NCBI GenBank assembly: GCA_964016885.1
Contig: OZ024740.1
Coordinates: forward strand, 279,806,001-279,870,000
Length of the DNA: 64,000 nucleotides
Source of the DNA: Eledone cirrhosa
Lineage: Eukaryota
Direction: 5' to 3'
This document shows positions 37,701 to 51,800 of this stretch, piece by piece; positions within the stretch are counted from its first letter, which is position 1; every line of letters starts with the position of its first letter. The notes under the pieces were generated by a model. That model was not told the DNA's origin. It did no database searches and saw only the letters and a list, made by a program, of their open reading frames with translations. Made by a program: the position numbers and the translations under genes.

Positions 37701-40700
37701 GGTCGGATCGATCTGTAATTACTGGTCCATGTGCAGACACACATTTGCTGTGTGTGGTGTGATTTTCAAGAAAAGCTGCCCATGCTAAATGCGGAAGCTG
37801 AAGTCCACCAGCGAATGGTGTGCTTCGAAGAAACGAATCACAAAAATGCGAATTTGCCGGCGGAGTTACCTTTTCGATCGTGGGCCGGCCGCCTGTGGTC
37901 GGATCGATCTGTAATTACTGGTATATGTGTAGACACTCATTGACTGTGTGTGGTGTGATTTTCAAGAAACGCTGCCCATGCTAAATGCGGAAGCTGAAGT
38001 CTACCAGCGAATGGTGTGCTTCGAAGAAACGAATCACAAAAATGCGAATTTGCCGGCGGAGTTACCTTTTCGATCGTGGGCCGGCCGCCCGTGGTCGGAT
38101 CGATCTGTAATTACTGGTATATGTGCAGACACGCATTGACTGTGTGTGGTGTGATTTTCAAGAAAAGCTGCCCATGCTAAATGCGGAAGCTGAAGTCCAC
38201 CAGCGAATGGTGTGCTTCGAAGAAACGAATCACAAAAATGCGAATTTGCCGGCGGAGTTACCTTTTCGATCGTGGGCCGGCCGCCTGTGGTCGGATCTAT
38301 CTGTAATTACTGGTATATGTGCAGACACTCATTGACTGTGTGTGGTGTGATTTTCAAGAAACGCTGCCCATGCTAAATGCGGAAGCTGAAGTCTACCAGC
38401 GAATGGTGTGCTTCGAAGAAACGAATCACAAAAATGCGAATTTGCCGGCGGAGTTACCTTTTAGATCGTGGGCCGGCCGCCTCTGGTCGGATCGATCTGT
38501 AATTACTGGTACATGTGCAGACACTCATTGACTGTGTGTGGTGTGATTTTCAAGAAAAGCTGCCCATGCTAAATGCGGAAGCTGAAGTCCACCAGCGAAT
38601 GGTGTGCTTCGAAGAAACGAATCACAAAAATGCGAATTTGCCGGCGGAGTTACCTTTTCGATCGTGGACCGGCCGCCTGTGGTCGGATCGATCTGTAATT
38701 ACTGGTATATGTGTAGACACTCATTGACTGTGTGTGGTGTGATTTTCAAGAAACGCTGCCCATGCTAAATGCGGAAGCTGAAGTCTACCAGCGAATGGTG
38801 TGCTTCGAAGAAACGAATCACAAAAATGCGAATTTGCCGGCGGAGTTACCTTTTCGATCGTGGGCCGGCCGCCCGTGGTCGGATCGATCTGTAATTACTG
38901 GTATATGTGCAGACACGCATTGACTGTGTGTGGTGTGATTTTCAAGAAAAGCTGCCCATGCTAAATGCGGAAGCTGAAGTCCACCAGCGAATGGTGTGCT
39001 TCGAAGAAACGAATCACAAAAATGCGAATTTGCCGGCGGAGTTACCTTTTCGATCGTGGGCCGGCCGCCTGTGGTCGGATCTATCTGTAATTACTGGTAT
39101 ATGTGCAGACACTCATTGGCTGTGTGTGGTGTGATTTTCAAGAAAAGCTGCCCATGCTAAATGAGGAAGCTGAAGTCCACCAGCGAATGGTGTGCTTCGA
39201 AGAAACGAATCACAAAAATGCGAATTTGCCGGCGGAGTTACCTTTTCGATCGTGGGCCGGCCGCCTATGGTCGGATCGATCTGTAATTAGTGGTCCCTGT
39301 GCAGACACACATTTGCTGTGTGTGGTGTGATTTTCAAAAAAAGCTGCCCATGCTAAATGCGGAAGCTGAAGTCCACCAGCGAATGGTGTGCTTCGAAGAA
39401 ACGAATCACAAAAATGCGAATTTGCCGGCGGAGTTACCTTTTCGATCGTGGGCCGGCCGCTTATGGTCGGATCGATCTGTAATTACTGGTCCATGTGCAG
39501 ACACACATTTGCTGTGTGTGGTGTGATTTTCAAGAAAAGCTGCCCATGCTAAATGCGGAAGCTGAAGTCCACCAGCGAATGGTGTGCTTCGAAGAAACGA
39601 ATCACAAAAATGCGAATTTGCCGGCGGAGTTACCTTTTCGATCGTGGGCCGGCCGCCTGTGGTCGGATCGATCTGTAATTACTGGTATATGTGTAGACAC
39701 TCATTGACTGTGTGTGGTGTGATTTTCAAGAAACGCTGCCCATGCTAAATGCGGAAGCTGAAGTCTACCAGCGAATGGTGTGCTTCGAAGAAACGAATCA
39801 CAAAAATGCGAATTTGCCGGCGGAGTTACCTTTTCGATCGTGGGCCGGCCGCCCGTGGTCGGATCGATCTGTAATTACTGGTATATGTGCAGACACGCAT
39901 TGACTGTGTGTGGTGTGATTTTCAAGAAAAGCTGCCCATGCTAAATGCGGAAGCTGAAGTCCACCAGCGAATGGTGTGCTTCGAAGAAACGAATCACAAA
40001 AATGCGAATTTGCCGGCGGAGTTACCTTTTCGATCGTGGGCCGGCCGCCTGTGGTCGGATCTATCTGTAATTACTGGTATATGTGCAGACACTCATTGAC
40101 TGTGTGTGGTGTGATTTTCAAGAAACGCTGCCCATGCTAAATGCGGAAGCTGAAGTCTACCAGCGAATGGTGTGCTTCGAAGAAACGAATCACAAAAATG
40201 CGAATTTGCCGGCGGAGTTACCTTTTAGATCGTGGGCCGGCCGCCTCTGGTCGGATCGATCTGTAATTACTGGTACATGTGCAGACACTCATTGACTGTG
40301 TGTGGTGTGATTTTCAAGAAAAGCTGCCCATGCTAAATGCGGAAGCTGAAGTCCACCAGCGAATGGTGTGCTTCGAAGAAACGAATCACAAAAATGCGAA
40401 TTTGCCGGCGGAGTTACCTTTTCGATCGTGGACCGGCCGCCTGTGGTCGGATCGATCTGTAATTACTGGTATATGTGTAGACACTCATTGACTGTGTGTG
40501 GTGTGATTTTCAAGAAACGCTGCCCATGCTAAATGCGGAAGCTGAAGTCTACCAGCGAATGGTGTGCTTCGAAGAAACGAATCACAAAAATGCGAATTTG
40601 CCGGCGGAGTTACCTTTTCGATCGTGGGCCGGCCGCCCGTGGTCGGATCGATCTGTAATTACTGGTATATGTGCAGACACGCATTGACTGTGTGTGGTGT

Positions 40701-43700
40701 GATTTTCAAGAAAAGCTGCCCATGCTAAATGCGGAAGCTGAAGTCCACCAGCGAATGGTGTGCTTCGAAGAAACGAATCACAAAAATGCGAATTTGCCGG
40801 CGGAGTTACCTTTTCGATCGTGGGCCGGCCGCCTGTGGTCGGATCTATCTGTAATTACTGGTATATGTGCAGACACTCATTGGCTGTGTGTGGTGTGATT
40901 TTCAAGAAAAGCTGCCCATGCTAAATGAGGAAGCTGAAGTCCACCAGCGAATGGTGTGCTTCGAAGAAACGAATCACAAAAATGCGAATTTGCCGGCGGA
41001 GTTACCTTTTCGATCGTGGGCCGGCCGCCCGTGGTCGGATCGATCTGTAATTACTGGTATATGTGCAGACACTCATTGACTGTGTGTGGTGTGATTTTCA
41101 AGAAACGCTGCCCATGCTAAATGCGGAAGCTGAAGTCTACCAGCGAATGGTGTGCTTCGAAGAAACGAATCACAAAAATGCGAATTTGCCGGCGGAGTTA
41201 CCTTTTAGATCGTGGGCCGGCCGCCTCTGGTCGGATCGATCTGTAATTACTGGTACATGTGCAGACACTCATTGACTGTGTGTGGTGTGATTTTCAAGAA
41301 AAGCTGCCCATGCTAAATGCGGAAGCTGAAGTCCACCAGCGAATGGTGTGCTTCGAAGAAACGAATCACAAAAATGCGAATTTGCCGGCGGAGTTACCTT
41401 TTCGATCGTGGGCCGGCCGCTTATGGTCGGATCGATCTGTAATTACTGGTCCATGTGCAGACACACATTTGCTGTGTGTGGTGTGATTTTCAAGAAAAGC
41501 TGCCCATGCTAAATGCGGAAGCTGAAGTCCACCAGCGAATGGTGTGCTTAGAAGAAACGAATCACAAAAATGCGAATTTGCCGGCGGAGTTACCTTTTCG
41601 AAAGTGGGCCGGCCGCCTGTGGTCTGATCGATCTGTAATTACTGGTATATGTGCAGACACTCATTGGCTGTGTGTGGTGTGATTTTCAAGAAAAGCTGCC
41701 CATGCTAAATGAGGAAGCTGAAGTCCACCAGCGAATGGTGTGCTTCGAAGAAACGAATCACAAAAATGCGAATTTGCCGGCGGAGTTACCTTTTCGATCG
41801 TGGGCCGGCCGCCCGTGGTCGGATCGATCTGTAATTACTGGTATATGTGCAGACACTCATTGGCTGTGTGTGGTGTGATGTTCAAGAAACGCTGCCCATA
41901 CTAAATGCGGAAGCTGAAGTCCACCAGCGAATGGTGTGCTTCGAAGAAACGAATCACAAAAATGCGAATTTGCCGGCGGAGTTACCTTTTCGATCGTGGG
42001 CCGGCCGCCCGTGGTCGGATCGATCTGTAATTACTGGTATATGTGCAGACACTCATTGGCTGTGTGTGGTGTGATTTTCAAGAAAAGCTGCCCATGCTAA
42101 ATGAGGAAGCTGAAGTCCACCAGCGAATGGTGTGCTTCGAAGAAACAAATCACAAAAATGCGAATTTACCGGCGGAGTTACCTTTTCGATCCTGGCCGGC
42201 CGCCCGTGGTCGGATCGATTTGTAATTACTGGTACCTGTGCAGACACTCATTGCCTGTGTGTGGTGTGATTTTCAAGAAAGGTTGCCCATGCTAAATGCG
42301 GAAGCTGAGTCCACCAGCGAATGGTGTGCTTCGAAGAAACGAATCACAAAAATGCGAATTTGCCGGCGGAGTTACCTTTTCGATCGTGGGCCGGCCGCCT
42401 ATGGTCGGATCGATCTGTAATTAGTGGTCCCTGTGCAGACACACATTTGCTGTGTGTGGTGTGATTTTCAAAAAAAGCTGCCCATGCTAAATGCGGAAGC
42501 TGAAGTCCACCAGCGAATGGTGTGCTTCGAAGAAACGAATCACAAAAATGCGAATTTGCCGGCGGAGTTACCTTTTCGATCGTGGGCCGGCCGCTTATGG
42601 TCGGATCGATCTGTAATTACTGGTCCATGTGCAGACACACATTTGCTGTGTGTGGTGTGATTTTCAAGAAAAGCTGCCCATGCTAAATGCGGAAGCTGAA
42701 GTCCACCAGCGAATGGTGTGCTTAGAAGAAACGAATCACAAAAATGCGAATTTGCCGGCGGAGTTACCTTTTCGAAAGTGGGCCGGCCGCCTGTGGTCGG
42801 ATCGATCTGTAATTACTGGTATATGTGCAGACACTCATTGGCTGTGTGTGGTGTGATTTTCAAGAAAAGCTGCCCATGCTAAATGAGGAAGCTGAAGTCC
42901 ACCAGCGAATGGTGTGCTTCGAAGAAACGAATCACAAAAATGCGAATTTGCCGGCGGAGTTACCTTTTCGATCGTGGGCCGGCCGCCCGTGGTCGCATCG
43001 ATCTGTAATTACTGGTATATGTGCAGACACTCATTGGCTGTGTGTGGTGTGATGTTCAAGAAAGGCTGCCCATACTAAATGCGGAAGCTGAAGTCCACCA
43101 GCGAATGGTGTGCTTCGAAGAAACGAATAAAAAAAATGCGAATTTGCCGGCGGAGTTACCTTTTCGATCGTGGGCCGGCCGCCCGTGGTCGGATCGATCT
43201 GTAATTACTGGTATATGTGCAGACACTCATTGGCTGTGTGTGGTCTGATTTTCAAGAAAAGCTGCCCATGCTAAATGAGGAAGCTGAAGTCCACCAGCGA
43301 ATGGTGTGCTTCGAAGAAACGAATCACAAAAATGCGAATTTGCCGGCGGAGATACCTTTTCGATCGTGGCCGGCCGCCCGTGGTCGGATCGATTTGTAAT
43401 TACTGGTACATGTGCAGACACTCATTGCCGGTGTGTGGTGTGATTTTCAAGAAAAACTGCCCATGCTAAATGAGGAAGCTGAAGTCCGGCGGCGAATGGT
43501 GTGCTTCGAAGAAAACGAATCACAAAAATGACTATTTACCGGCGGAGTTACCTTTTCGATCGTGGGCCGGCCGCCTGTGGTCGGATCGATCTGTAATTAC
43601 TGGTCCATGTGCAGACACACATTTGCTCTGTGTGGTGTGATTTTCACGAAACGTTGCCCATGCTAAATGCGGAAGCTGAAGTCCACCAGCGAATGGTGTG

Positions 43701-46700
43701 CTTCGAAGAAACGAATCACAAAAATGCGAATTTGCTGGCGGAGTTACCTTTTCGATCGTGGGCCGGCCGCCTATGGTCGGATCGATCTGTAATTACTGGT
43801 CCATGTGCAGACACACATTTGCTGTGTGTGGTGTGATTTTCAAGAAATGCTGCCCATGCTAAATGCGGAAGCTGAAGTCTACCAGCGAATGGTGTGCTTC
43901 GAAGAAAGGAATCACAAAAATGCGAATTTGCCGGCGGAGTTACCTTTTCGATCGTGGGCCGGCCGCCTCTGGTCGGATCGATCTGTAATTAATGGTATAT
44001 GTGCAGACACTCATTGCCTGTGTGTGGTGTGATTTTCAAGAAAAGCTGCCCATGCTAAATGAGGAAGCTGAAGTCCACCAGCGAATGGTGTGCTTCGAAG
44101 AAACGAATCACAAAAATGCGAATTTGCCGGCGGAGTTACCTTTTCGATCGTGGCCGGCCGCCCGTGGTCGGATCGATTTGTAATTACTGGTACATGTGCA
44201 GACATTCATTGCCTGTGTGTGGTGTGATTTTCAAGAAAAGTTGCCCATGCTAAATGCGGAAGCTGAAGTCCACCAGCGAATGGTGTGCTTCGAAGAAACG
44301 AATCACAAAAATGCGAATTTGCCGGCGGAGTTACCTTTTCGATCGTGGGCCGGCCGCCTATGGTCGGATCGATCTGTAATTACTGGTCCATGTGCAGACA
44401 CACATTTGCTGTGTGTGGTGTGATTTTCAAGAAAAGCTGCCCATGCTAAATGCGGAAGCTGAAGTCCACCAGCGAATGGTGTGCTTCGAAGAAACGAATC
44501 ACAAAAATGCGAATTTGCCGGCGGAGTTACCTTTTCGATCGTGGGCCGGCCGCCTGTGGTCGGATCGATCTGTAATTACTGGTATATGTGCAGACACGCA
44601 TTGACTGTGTGTGGTGTGATTTTCAAGAAAAGCTGCCCATGCTAAATGCGGAAGCTGAAGTCTACCAGCGAATGGTGTGCTTCGAAGAAACGAATCACAA
44701 AAATGCGAATTTGCCGGCGGAGTTACCTTTTCGATCGTGGGCCGGCCGCCCGTGGTCGGATCGATCTGTAATTACTGGTATATGTGCAGACACGCATTGA
44801 CTGTGTGTGGTGTGATTTTCAAGAAAAGCTGCCCATGCTAAATGCGGAAGCTGAAGTCCACCAGCGAATGGTGTGCTTCGAAGAAACGAATCACAAAAAT
44901 GCGAATTTGCCGGCGGAGTTACCTTTTCGATCGTGGGCCGGCCGCCTGTGGTCGGATCTATCTGTAATTACTGGTATATGTGCAGACACTCATTGGCTGT
45001 GTGCGGTGTGATTTTCAAGAAAAGCTGCCCATGCTAAATGAGGAAGCTGAAGTCCACCAGCGAATGGTGTGCTTCGAAGAAACGAATCACAAAAATGCGA
45101 ATTTGCCGGCGGAGTTACCTTTTCGATCGTGGGCCGGCCGCCCGTGGTCGGATCGATCTGTAATTACTGGTATATGTGCAGACACTCATTGACTGTGTGT
45201 GGTGTGATTTTCAAGAAACGCTGCCCATGCTAAATGCGGAAGCTGAAGTCTACCAGCGAATGGTGTGCTTCGAAGAAACGAATCACAAAAATGCGAATTT
45301 GCCGGCGGAGTTACCTTTTAGATCGTGGGCCGGCCGCCTCTGGTCGGATCGATCTGTAATTACTGGTACATGTGCAGACAATCATTGACTGTGTGTGGTG
45401 TGATTTTCAAGAAAAGCTGCCCATGCTAAATGCGGAAGCTGAAGTCCACCAGCGAATGGTGTGCTTCGAAGAAACGAATCACAAAAATGCGAATTTGCCG
45501 GCGGAGTTACCTTTTCGATCGTGGGCCGGCCGCTTATGGTCGGATCGATCTGTAATTACTGGTCCATGTGCAGACACACATTTGCTGTGTGTGGTGTGAT
45601 TTTCAAGAAAAGCTGCCCATGCTAAATGCGGAAGCTGAAGTCCACCAGCGAATGGTGTGCTTAGAAGAAACGAATCACAAAAATGCGAATTTGCCGGCGG
45701 AGTTACCTTTTCGAAAGTGGGCCGGCCGCCTGTGGTCTGATCGATCTGTAATTACTGGTATATGTGCAGACACTCATTGGCTGTGTGTGGTGTGATTTTC
45801 AAGAAAAGCTGCCCATGCTAAATGAGGAAGCTGAAGTCCACCAGCGAATGGTGTGCTTCGAAGAAACGAATCACAAAAATGCGAATTTGCCGGCGGAGTT
45901 ACCTTTTCGATCGTGGGCCGGCCGCCCGTGGTCGGATCGATCTGTAATTACTGGTATATGTGCAGACACTCATTGGCTGTGTGTGGTGTGATGTTCAAGA
46001 AACGCTGCCCATACTAAATGCGGAAGCTGAAGTCCACCAGCGAATGGTGTGCTTCGAAGAAACGAATCACAAAAATGCGAATTTGCCGGCGGAGTTACCT
46101 TTTCGATCGTGGGCCGGCCGCCCGTGGTCGGATCGATCTGTAATTACTGGGATATGTGCAGACACTCATTGGCTGTGTGTGGTGTGATTTTCAAGAAAAG
46201 CTGCCCATGCTAAATGAGGAAGCTGAAGTCCACCAGCGAATGGTGTGCTTCGAAGAAACGAATCACAAAAATGCGAATTTACCGGCGGAGTTACCTTTTC
46301 GATCCTGGCCGGCCGCCCGTGGTCGGATCGATTTGTAATTACTGGTACATGTGCAGACACTCATTGCCTGTGTGTGGTGTGATTTTCAAGAAAGGTTGCC
46401 CATGCTAAATGGGGAAGCTGAGTCCACCAGCGAATGGTGTGCTTCGAAGAAACGAATCACAAAAATGCGAATTTGCCGGCGGAGTTACCTTTTCGATCGT
46501 GGGCCGGCCGCCTATGGTCGGATCGATCTGTAATTAGTGGTCCCTGTGCAGACACACATTTGCTGTGTGTGGTGTGATTTTCAAAAAAAGCTGCCCATGC
46601 TAAATGCGGAAGCTGAAGTCCACCAGCGAATGGTGTGCTTCGAAGAAACGAATCACAAAAATGCGAATTTGCCGGCGGAGTTACCTTTTCGATCGTGGGC

Positions 46701-48800
46701 CGGCCGCTTATGGTCGGATCGATCTGTAATTACTGGTCCATGTGCAGACACACATTTGCTGTGTGTGGTGTGATTTTCAAGAAAAGCTGCCCATGCTAAA
46801 TGCGGAAGCTGAAGTCCACCAGCGAATGGTGTGCTTAGAAGAAACGAATCACAAAAATGCGAATTTGCCGGCGGAGTTACCTTTTCGAAAGTGGGCCGGC
46901 CGCCTGTGGTCGGATCGATCTGTAATTACTGGTATATGTGCAGACACTCATTGGCTGTGTGTGGTGTGATTTTCAAGAAAAGCTGCCCATGCTAAATGAG
47001 GAAGCTGAAGTCCACCAGCGAATGGTGTGCTTCGAAGAAACGAATCACAAAAATGCGAATTTGCCGGCGGAGTTACCTTTTCGATCGTGGGCCGGCCGCC
47101 CGTGGTCGGATCGATCTGTAATTACTGGTATATGTGCAGACACTCATTGGCTGTGTGTGGTGTGATGTTCAAGAAAGGCTGCCCATACTAAATGCGGAAG
47201 CTGAAGTCCACCAGCGAATGGTGTTCTTCGAAGAAACGAATCACAAAAATGCGAATTTGCCGGCGGAGTTACCTTTTCGATCGTGGGCCGGCCGCCCGTG
47301 GTCGGATCGATCTGTAATTACTGGTATATGTGCAGACACTCATTGGCTGTGTGTGGTGTGATTTTCAAGAAAAGCTGCCCATGCTAAATGAGGAAGCTGA
47401 AGTCCACCAGCGAATGGTGTGCTTCGAAGAAACGAATCACAAAAATGCGAATTTACCGGCGGAGTAACCTTTTCGATCCTGGCCGGCCGCCCGTGGTCGG
47501 ATCGATTTGTAATTACTGGTACATGTGCAGACACTCATTGCCTGTGTGTGGTGTGATTTTCAAGAAAAGTTGCCCATGCTAAATGCGGAAGCTGAAGTCC
47601 ACCAGCGAATGGTGTGCTTCGAAGAAACGAATCACAAAAATGCGAATTTGCCGGCGGAGTTACCTTTTCGATCGTGGGCCGGCCGCCTATGGTCGGATCG
47701 ATCTGTAATTACTGGTCCATGTGCAGACACACATTTGCTGTGTGTGGTGTGATTTTCAAGAAAAGCTGCCCATGCTAAATGCGGAAGCTGAAGTCCACCA
47801 GCGAATGGTGTGCTTCGAAGAAACGAATCACAAAAATGCGAATTTGCCGGCGGAGTTACCTTTTCGATCGTGGGCCGGCCGCCTGTGGTCGGATCGATCT
47901 GTAATTACTGGTATATGTGCAGACACGCATTGACTGTGTGTGGTGTGATTTTCAAGAAAAGCTGCCCATGCTAAATGCGGAAGCTGAAGTCTACCAGCGA
48001 ATGGTGTGCTTCGAAGAAACGAATCACAAAAATGCGAATTTGCCGGCGGAGTTACCTTTTCGATCGTGGGCCGGCCGCCCGTGGTCGGATCGATCTGTAA
48101 TTACTGGTATATGTGCAGACACGCATTGACTGTGTGTGGTGTGATTTTCAAGAAAAGCTGCCCATGCTAAATGCGGAAGCTGAAGTCCACCAGCGAATGG
48201 TGTGCTTCGAAGAAACGAATCACAAAAATGCGAATTTGCCGGCGGAGTTACCTTTTCGATCCTGGGCCGGCCGCCTGTGGTCGGATCTATCTGTAATTAC
48301 TGGTATATGTGCAGACACTCATTGGCTGTGTGCGGTGTGATTTTCAAGAAAAGCTGCCCATGCTAAATGAGGAAGCTGAAGTCCACCAGCGAATGGTGTG
48401 CTTCGAAGAAACGAATCACAAAAATGCGAATTTGCCGGCGGAGTTACCTTTTCGATCGTGGGCCGGCCGCCCGTGGTCGGATCGATCTGTAATTACTGGT
48501 ATATGTGCAGACACTCATTGACTGTGTGTGGTGTGATTTTCAAGAAACGCTGCCCATGCTAAATGCGGAAGCTGAAGTCTACCAGCGAATGGTGTGCTTC
48601 GAAGAAACGAATCACAAAAATGCGAATTTGCCGGCGGAGTTACCTTTTAGATCGTGGGCCGGCCGCCTCTGGTCGGATCGATCTGTAATTACTGGTACAT
48701 GTGCAGACAATCATTGACTGTGTGTGGTGTGATTTTCAAGAAAAGCTGCCCATGCTAAATGCGGAAGCTGAAGTCCACCAGCGAATGGTGTGCTTCGAAG
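25781..48800 (+). repeat. HOR domain C: irregular 5-25-monomer units with 195-bp monomers and a 4-monomer sub-repeat
   Basis: Markers: tttgctggcgg, gaaaggaatc, ggatctatct, ttttagatcg, tggaccggcc, catactaaat, tgcttagaag, gctgagtcc, and the 1-bp-deletion monomer tcgtggccggcc...cgatttgta. Matching ORFs are offset by 784, 980, 1764, 2939, 3919 and 4898/4899 bp. Boundaries are approximate. Confidence 0.8.
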
Positions 48801-51800
48801 AAACGAATCACAAAAATGCGAATTTGCCGGCGGAGTTACCTTTTCGAAAGTGGGCCGGCCGCCTGTGGTCGGATCGATCTGTACTTACTGGTATATGTGC
48901 AGACACTCATTGGCTGTGTGTGGTGTGATTTTCAAGAAAAGCTGCCCATGCTAAATGAGGAAGCTGAAGTCCACCAGCGAATGGTGTGCTTCGAAGAAAC
49001 GAATCACAAAAATGCGAATTTGCCGGCGGAGTTACCTTTTCGATCGTGGGCCGGCCGCCCGTGGTCGGATCGATCTGTAATTACTGGTATATGTGCAGAC
49101 ACTCATTGGCTGTGTGTGGTGTGATGTTCAAGAAAAGCTGCCCATGCTAAATGCGGAAGCTGAAGTCCACCAGCGAATGGTGTGCTTCGAAGAAACGAAT
49201 CACAAAAATGCGAATTTGCCGGCGGAGTTACCTTTTCGATCGTGGGCCGGCCGCCTATAGTCAGATCGATCTGTAATTAGTGGTCCATGTGCAGACACAG
49301 ATTTGCTGTGTGTGGTGTGATTTTCAAGAAAAACTGCCCATGCTAAATGAGGAAGCTGAAGTCCGGCGTCGAATGGTGTGCTTCGAAGAAAACGAATCAC
49401 AAAAATGACTATTTACCGGCGGAGTTACCTTTTCGATCGTGGGCCGGCCGCCTGTGGTCGGATCGATCTGTAATTACTGGTCCATGTGCAGACACACATT
49501 TGCTGTGTGTGGTGTGATTTTCACGAAACGTTGCCCATGCTAAATGAGGAAGCTGAAGTCCACCAGCGAATGGTGTGCTTCGAAGAAACGAATCACAAAA
49601 ATGCGAATTTGCCGGCGGAGTTACCTTTTCGATCGTGGGCCGGCCGCCTATGGTCGGATCGATCTGTAATTACTGGTCCATGTGCAGACACACATTTGCT
49701 GTGTGTGGTGTGATTTTCAAGAAAAGCTGCCCATGCTAAATGCGGAAGCTGAAGTCTACCAGCGAATGGTGTGCTTCGAAGAAACGAATCACAAAAATGC
49801 GAATTTGCCGGCGGAGTTACCTTTTCGATCGTGGGCCGGCCGCCTGTGGTCGGATCGATCTGTAATTACTGGTATATGTGTAGACACTCATTGACTGTGT
49901 GTGGTGTGATTTTCAAGAAACGCTGCCCATGCTAAATGCGGAAGCTGAAGTCTACCAGCGAATGGTGTGCTTCGAAGAAACGAATCACAAAAATGCGAAT
50001 TTGCCGGCGGAGTTACTTTTTCGATCGTGGGCCGGCCGCCCGTGGTCGGATCGATCTGTAATTACTGGTACATGTGCAGACACTCATTGACTGTGTGTGG
50101 TGTGATTTTCAAGAAAAGCTGCCCATGCTAAATGAGAAAGCTGAAGTCCACCAGCGAATGGTGTGCTTCGAAGAAACGAATCACAAAAATGCGAATTTGC
50201 CGGCGGAGTAACCTTTTCGATCCTGGCCGGCCGCCCGTGGTCGGATCGATTTGTAATTACTGGTACATGTGCAGACACACATTGCCTGTGTGTGGTGTGA
50301 TTTTCAAGAAAGGTTGCCCATGCTAAATGCGGAAGCTGAAGTCCACCAGCGAATGGTGTGCTTCGAAGAAACGAATCACAAAAATGCGAATTTGCCGGCG
50401 GAGTTACCTTTTCGATCGTGGGCCGGCCGCCTATGGTCGGATCGATCTGTAATTACTGGTCCATGTGCAGACACACATTTGCTGTGTGTGGTGTGATTTT
50501 CAAGAAAAGCTGCCCATGCTAAATGCGGAAGCTGAAGTCCACCAGCGAATGGTGTGCTTCGAAGAAACGAATCACAAAAATGCGAATTTGCCGGCGGAGT
50601 TACCTTTTCGATCGTGGGCCGGCCGCCTGTGGTCGGATCGATCTGTAATTACTGGTATATGTGTAGACACTCATTGACTGTGTGTGGTGTGATTTTCAAG
50701 AAACGCTGCCCATGCTAAATGCGGAAGCTGAAGTCTACCAGCGAATGGTGTGCTTCGAAGAAACGAATCACAAAAATGCGAATTTGCCGGCGGAGTTACC
50801 TTTTCGATCGTGGGCCGGCCGCCCGTGGTCGGATCGATCTGTAATTACTGGTACATGTGCAGACACTCATTGACTGTGTGTGGTGTGATTTTCAAGAAAA
50901 GCTGCCCATGCTAAATGAGGAAGCTGAAGTCCACCAGCGAATGGTGTGCTTCGAAGAAACGAATCACAAAAATGCGAATTTGCCGGCGGAGTAACCTTTT
51001 CGATCCTGGCCGGCCGCCCGTGGTCGGATCGATTTGTAATTACTGGTACATGTGCAGACACACATTGCCTGTGTGTGGTGTGATTTTCAAGAAAGGTTGC
51101 CCATGCTAAATGCGGAAGCTGAAGTCCACCAGCGAATGGTGTGCTTCGAAGAAACGAATCACAAAAATGCGAATTTGCCGGCGGAGTTACCTTTTCGATC
51201 GTGGGCCGGCCGCCTATGGTCGGATCGATCTGTAATTACTGGTCCATGTGCAGACACACATTTGCTGTGTGTGGTGTGATTTTCAAGAAAAGCTGCCCAT
51301 GCTAAATGCGGAAGCTGAAGTCCACCAGCGAATGGTGTGCTTCGAAGAAACGAATCACAAAAATGCGAATTTGCCGGCGGAGTTACCTTTTCGAAAGTGG
51401 GCCGGCCGCCTGTGGTCGGATCGATCTGTACTTACTGGTATATGTGCAGACACTCATTGGCTGTGTGTGGTGTGATTTTCAAGAAAAGCTGCCCATGCTA
51501 AATGAGGAAGCTGAAGTCCACCAGCGAATGGTGTGCTTCGAAGAAACGAATCACAAAAATGCGAATTTGCCGGCGGAGTTACCTTTTCGATCGTGGGCCG
51601 GCCGCCCGTGGTCGGATCGATCTGTAATTACTGGTATATGTGCAGACACTCATTGGCTGTGTGTGGTGTGATGTTCAAGAAAAGCTGCCCATGCTAAATG
51701 CGGAAGCTGAAGTCCACCAGCGAATGGTGTGCTTCGAAGAAACGAATCACAAAAATGCGAATTTGCCGGCGGAGTTACCTTTTCGATCGTGGGCCGGCCG

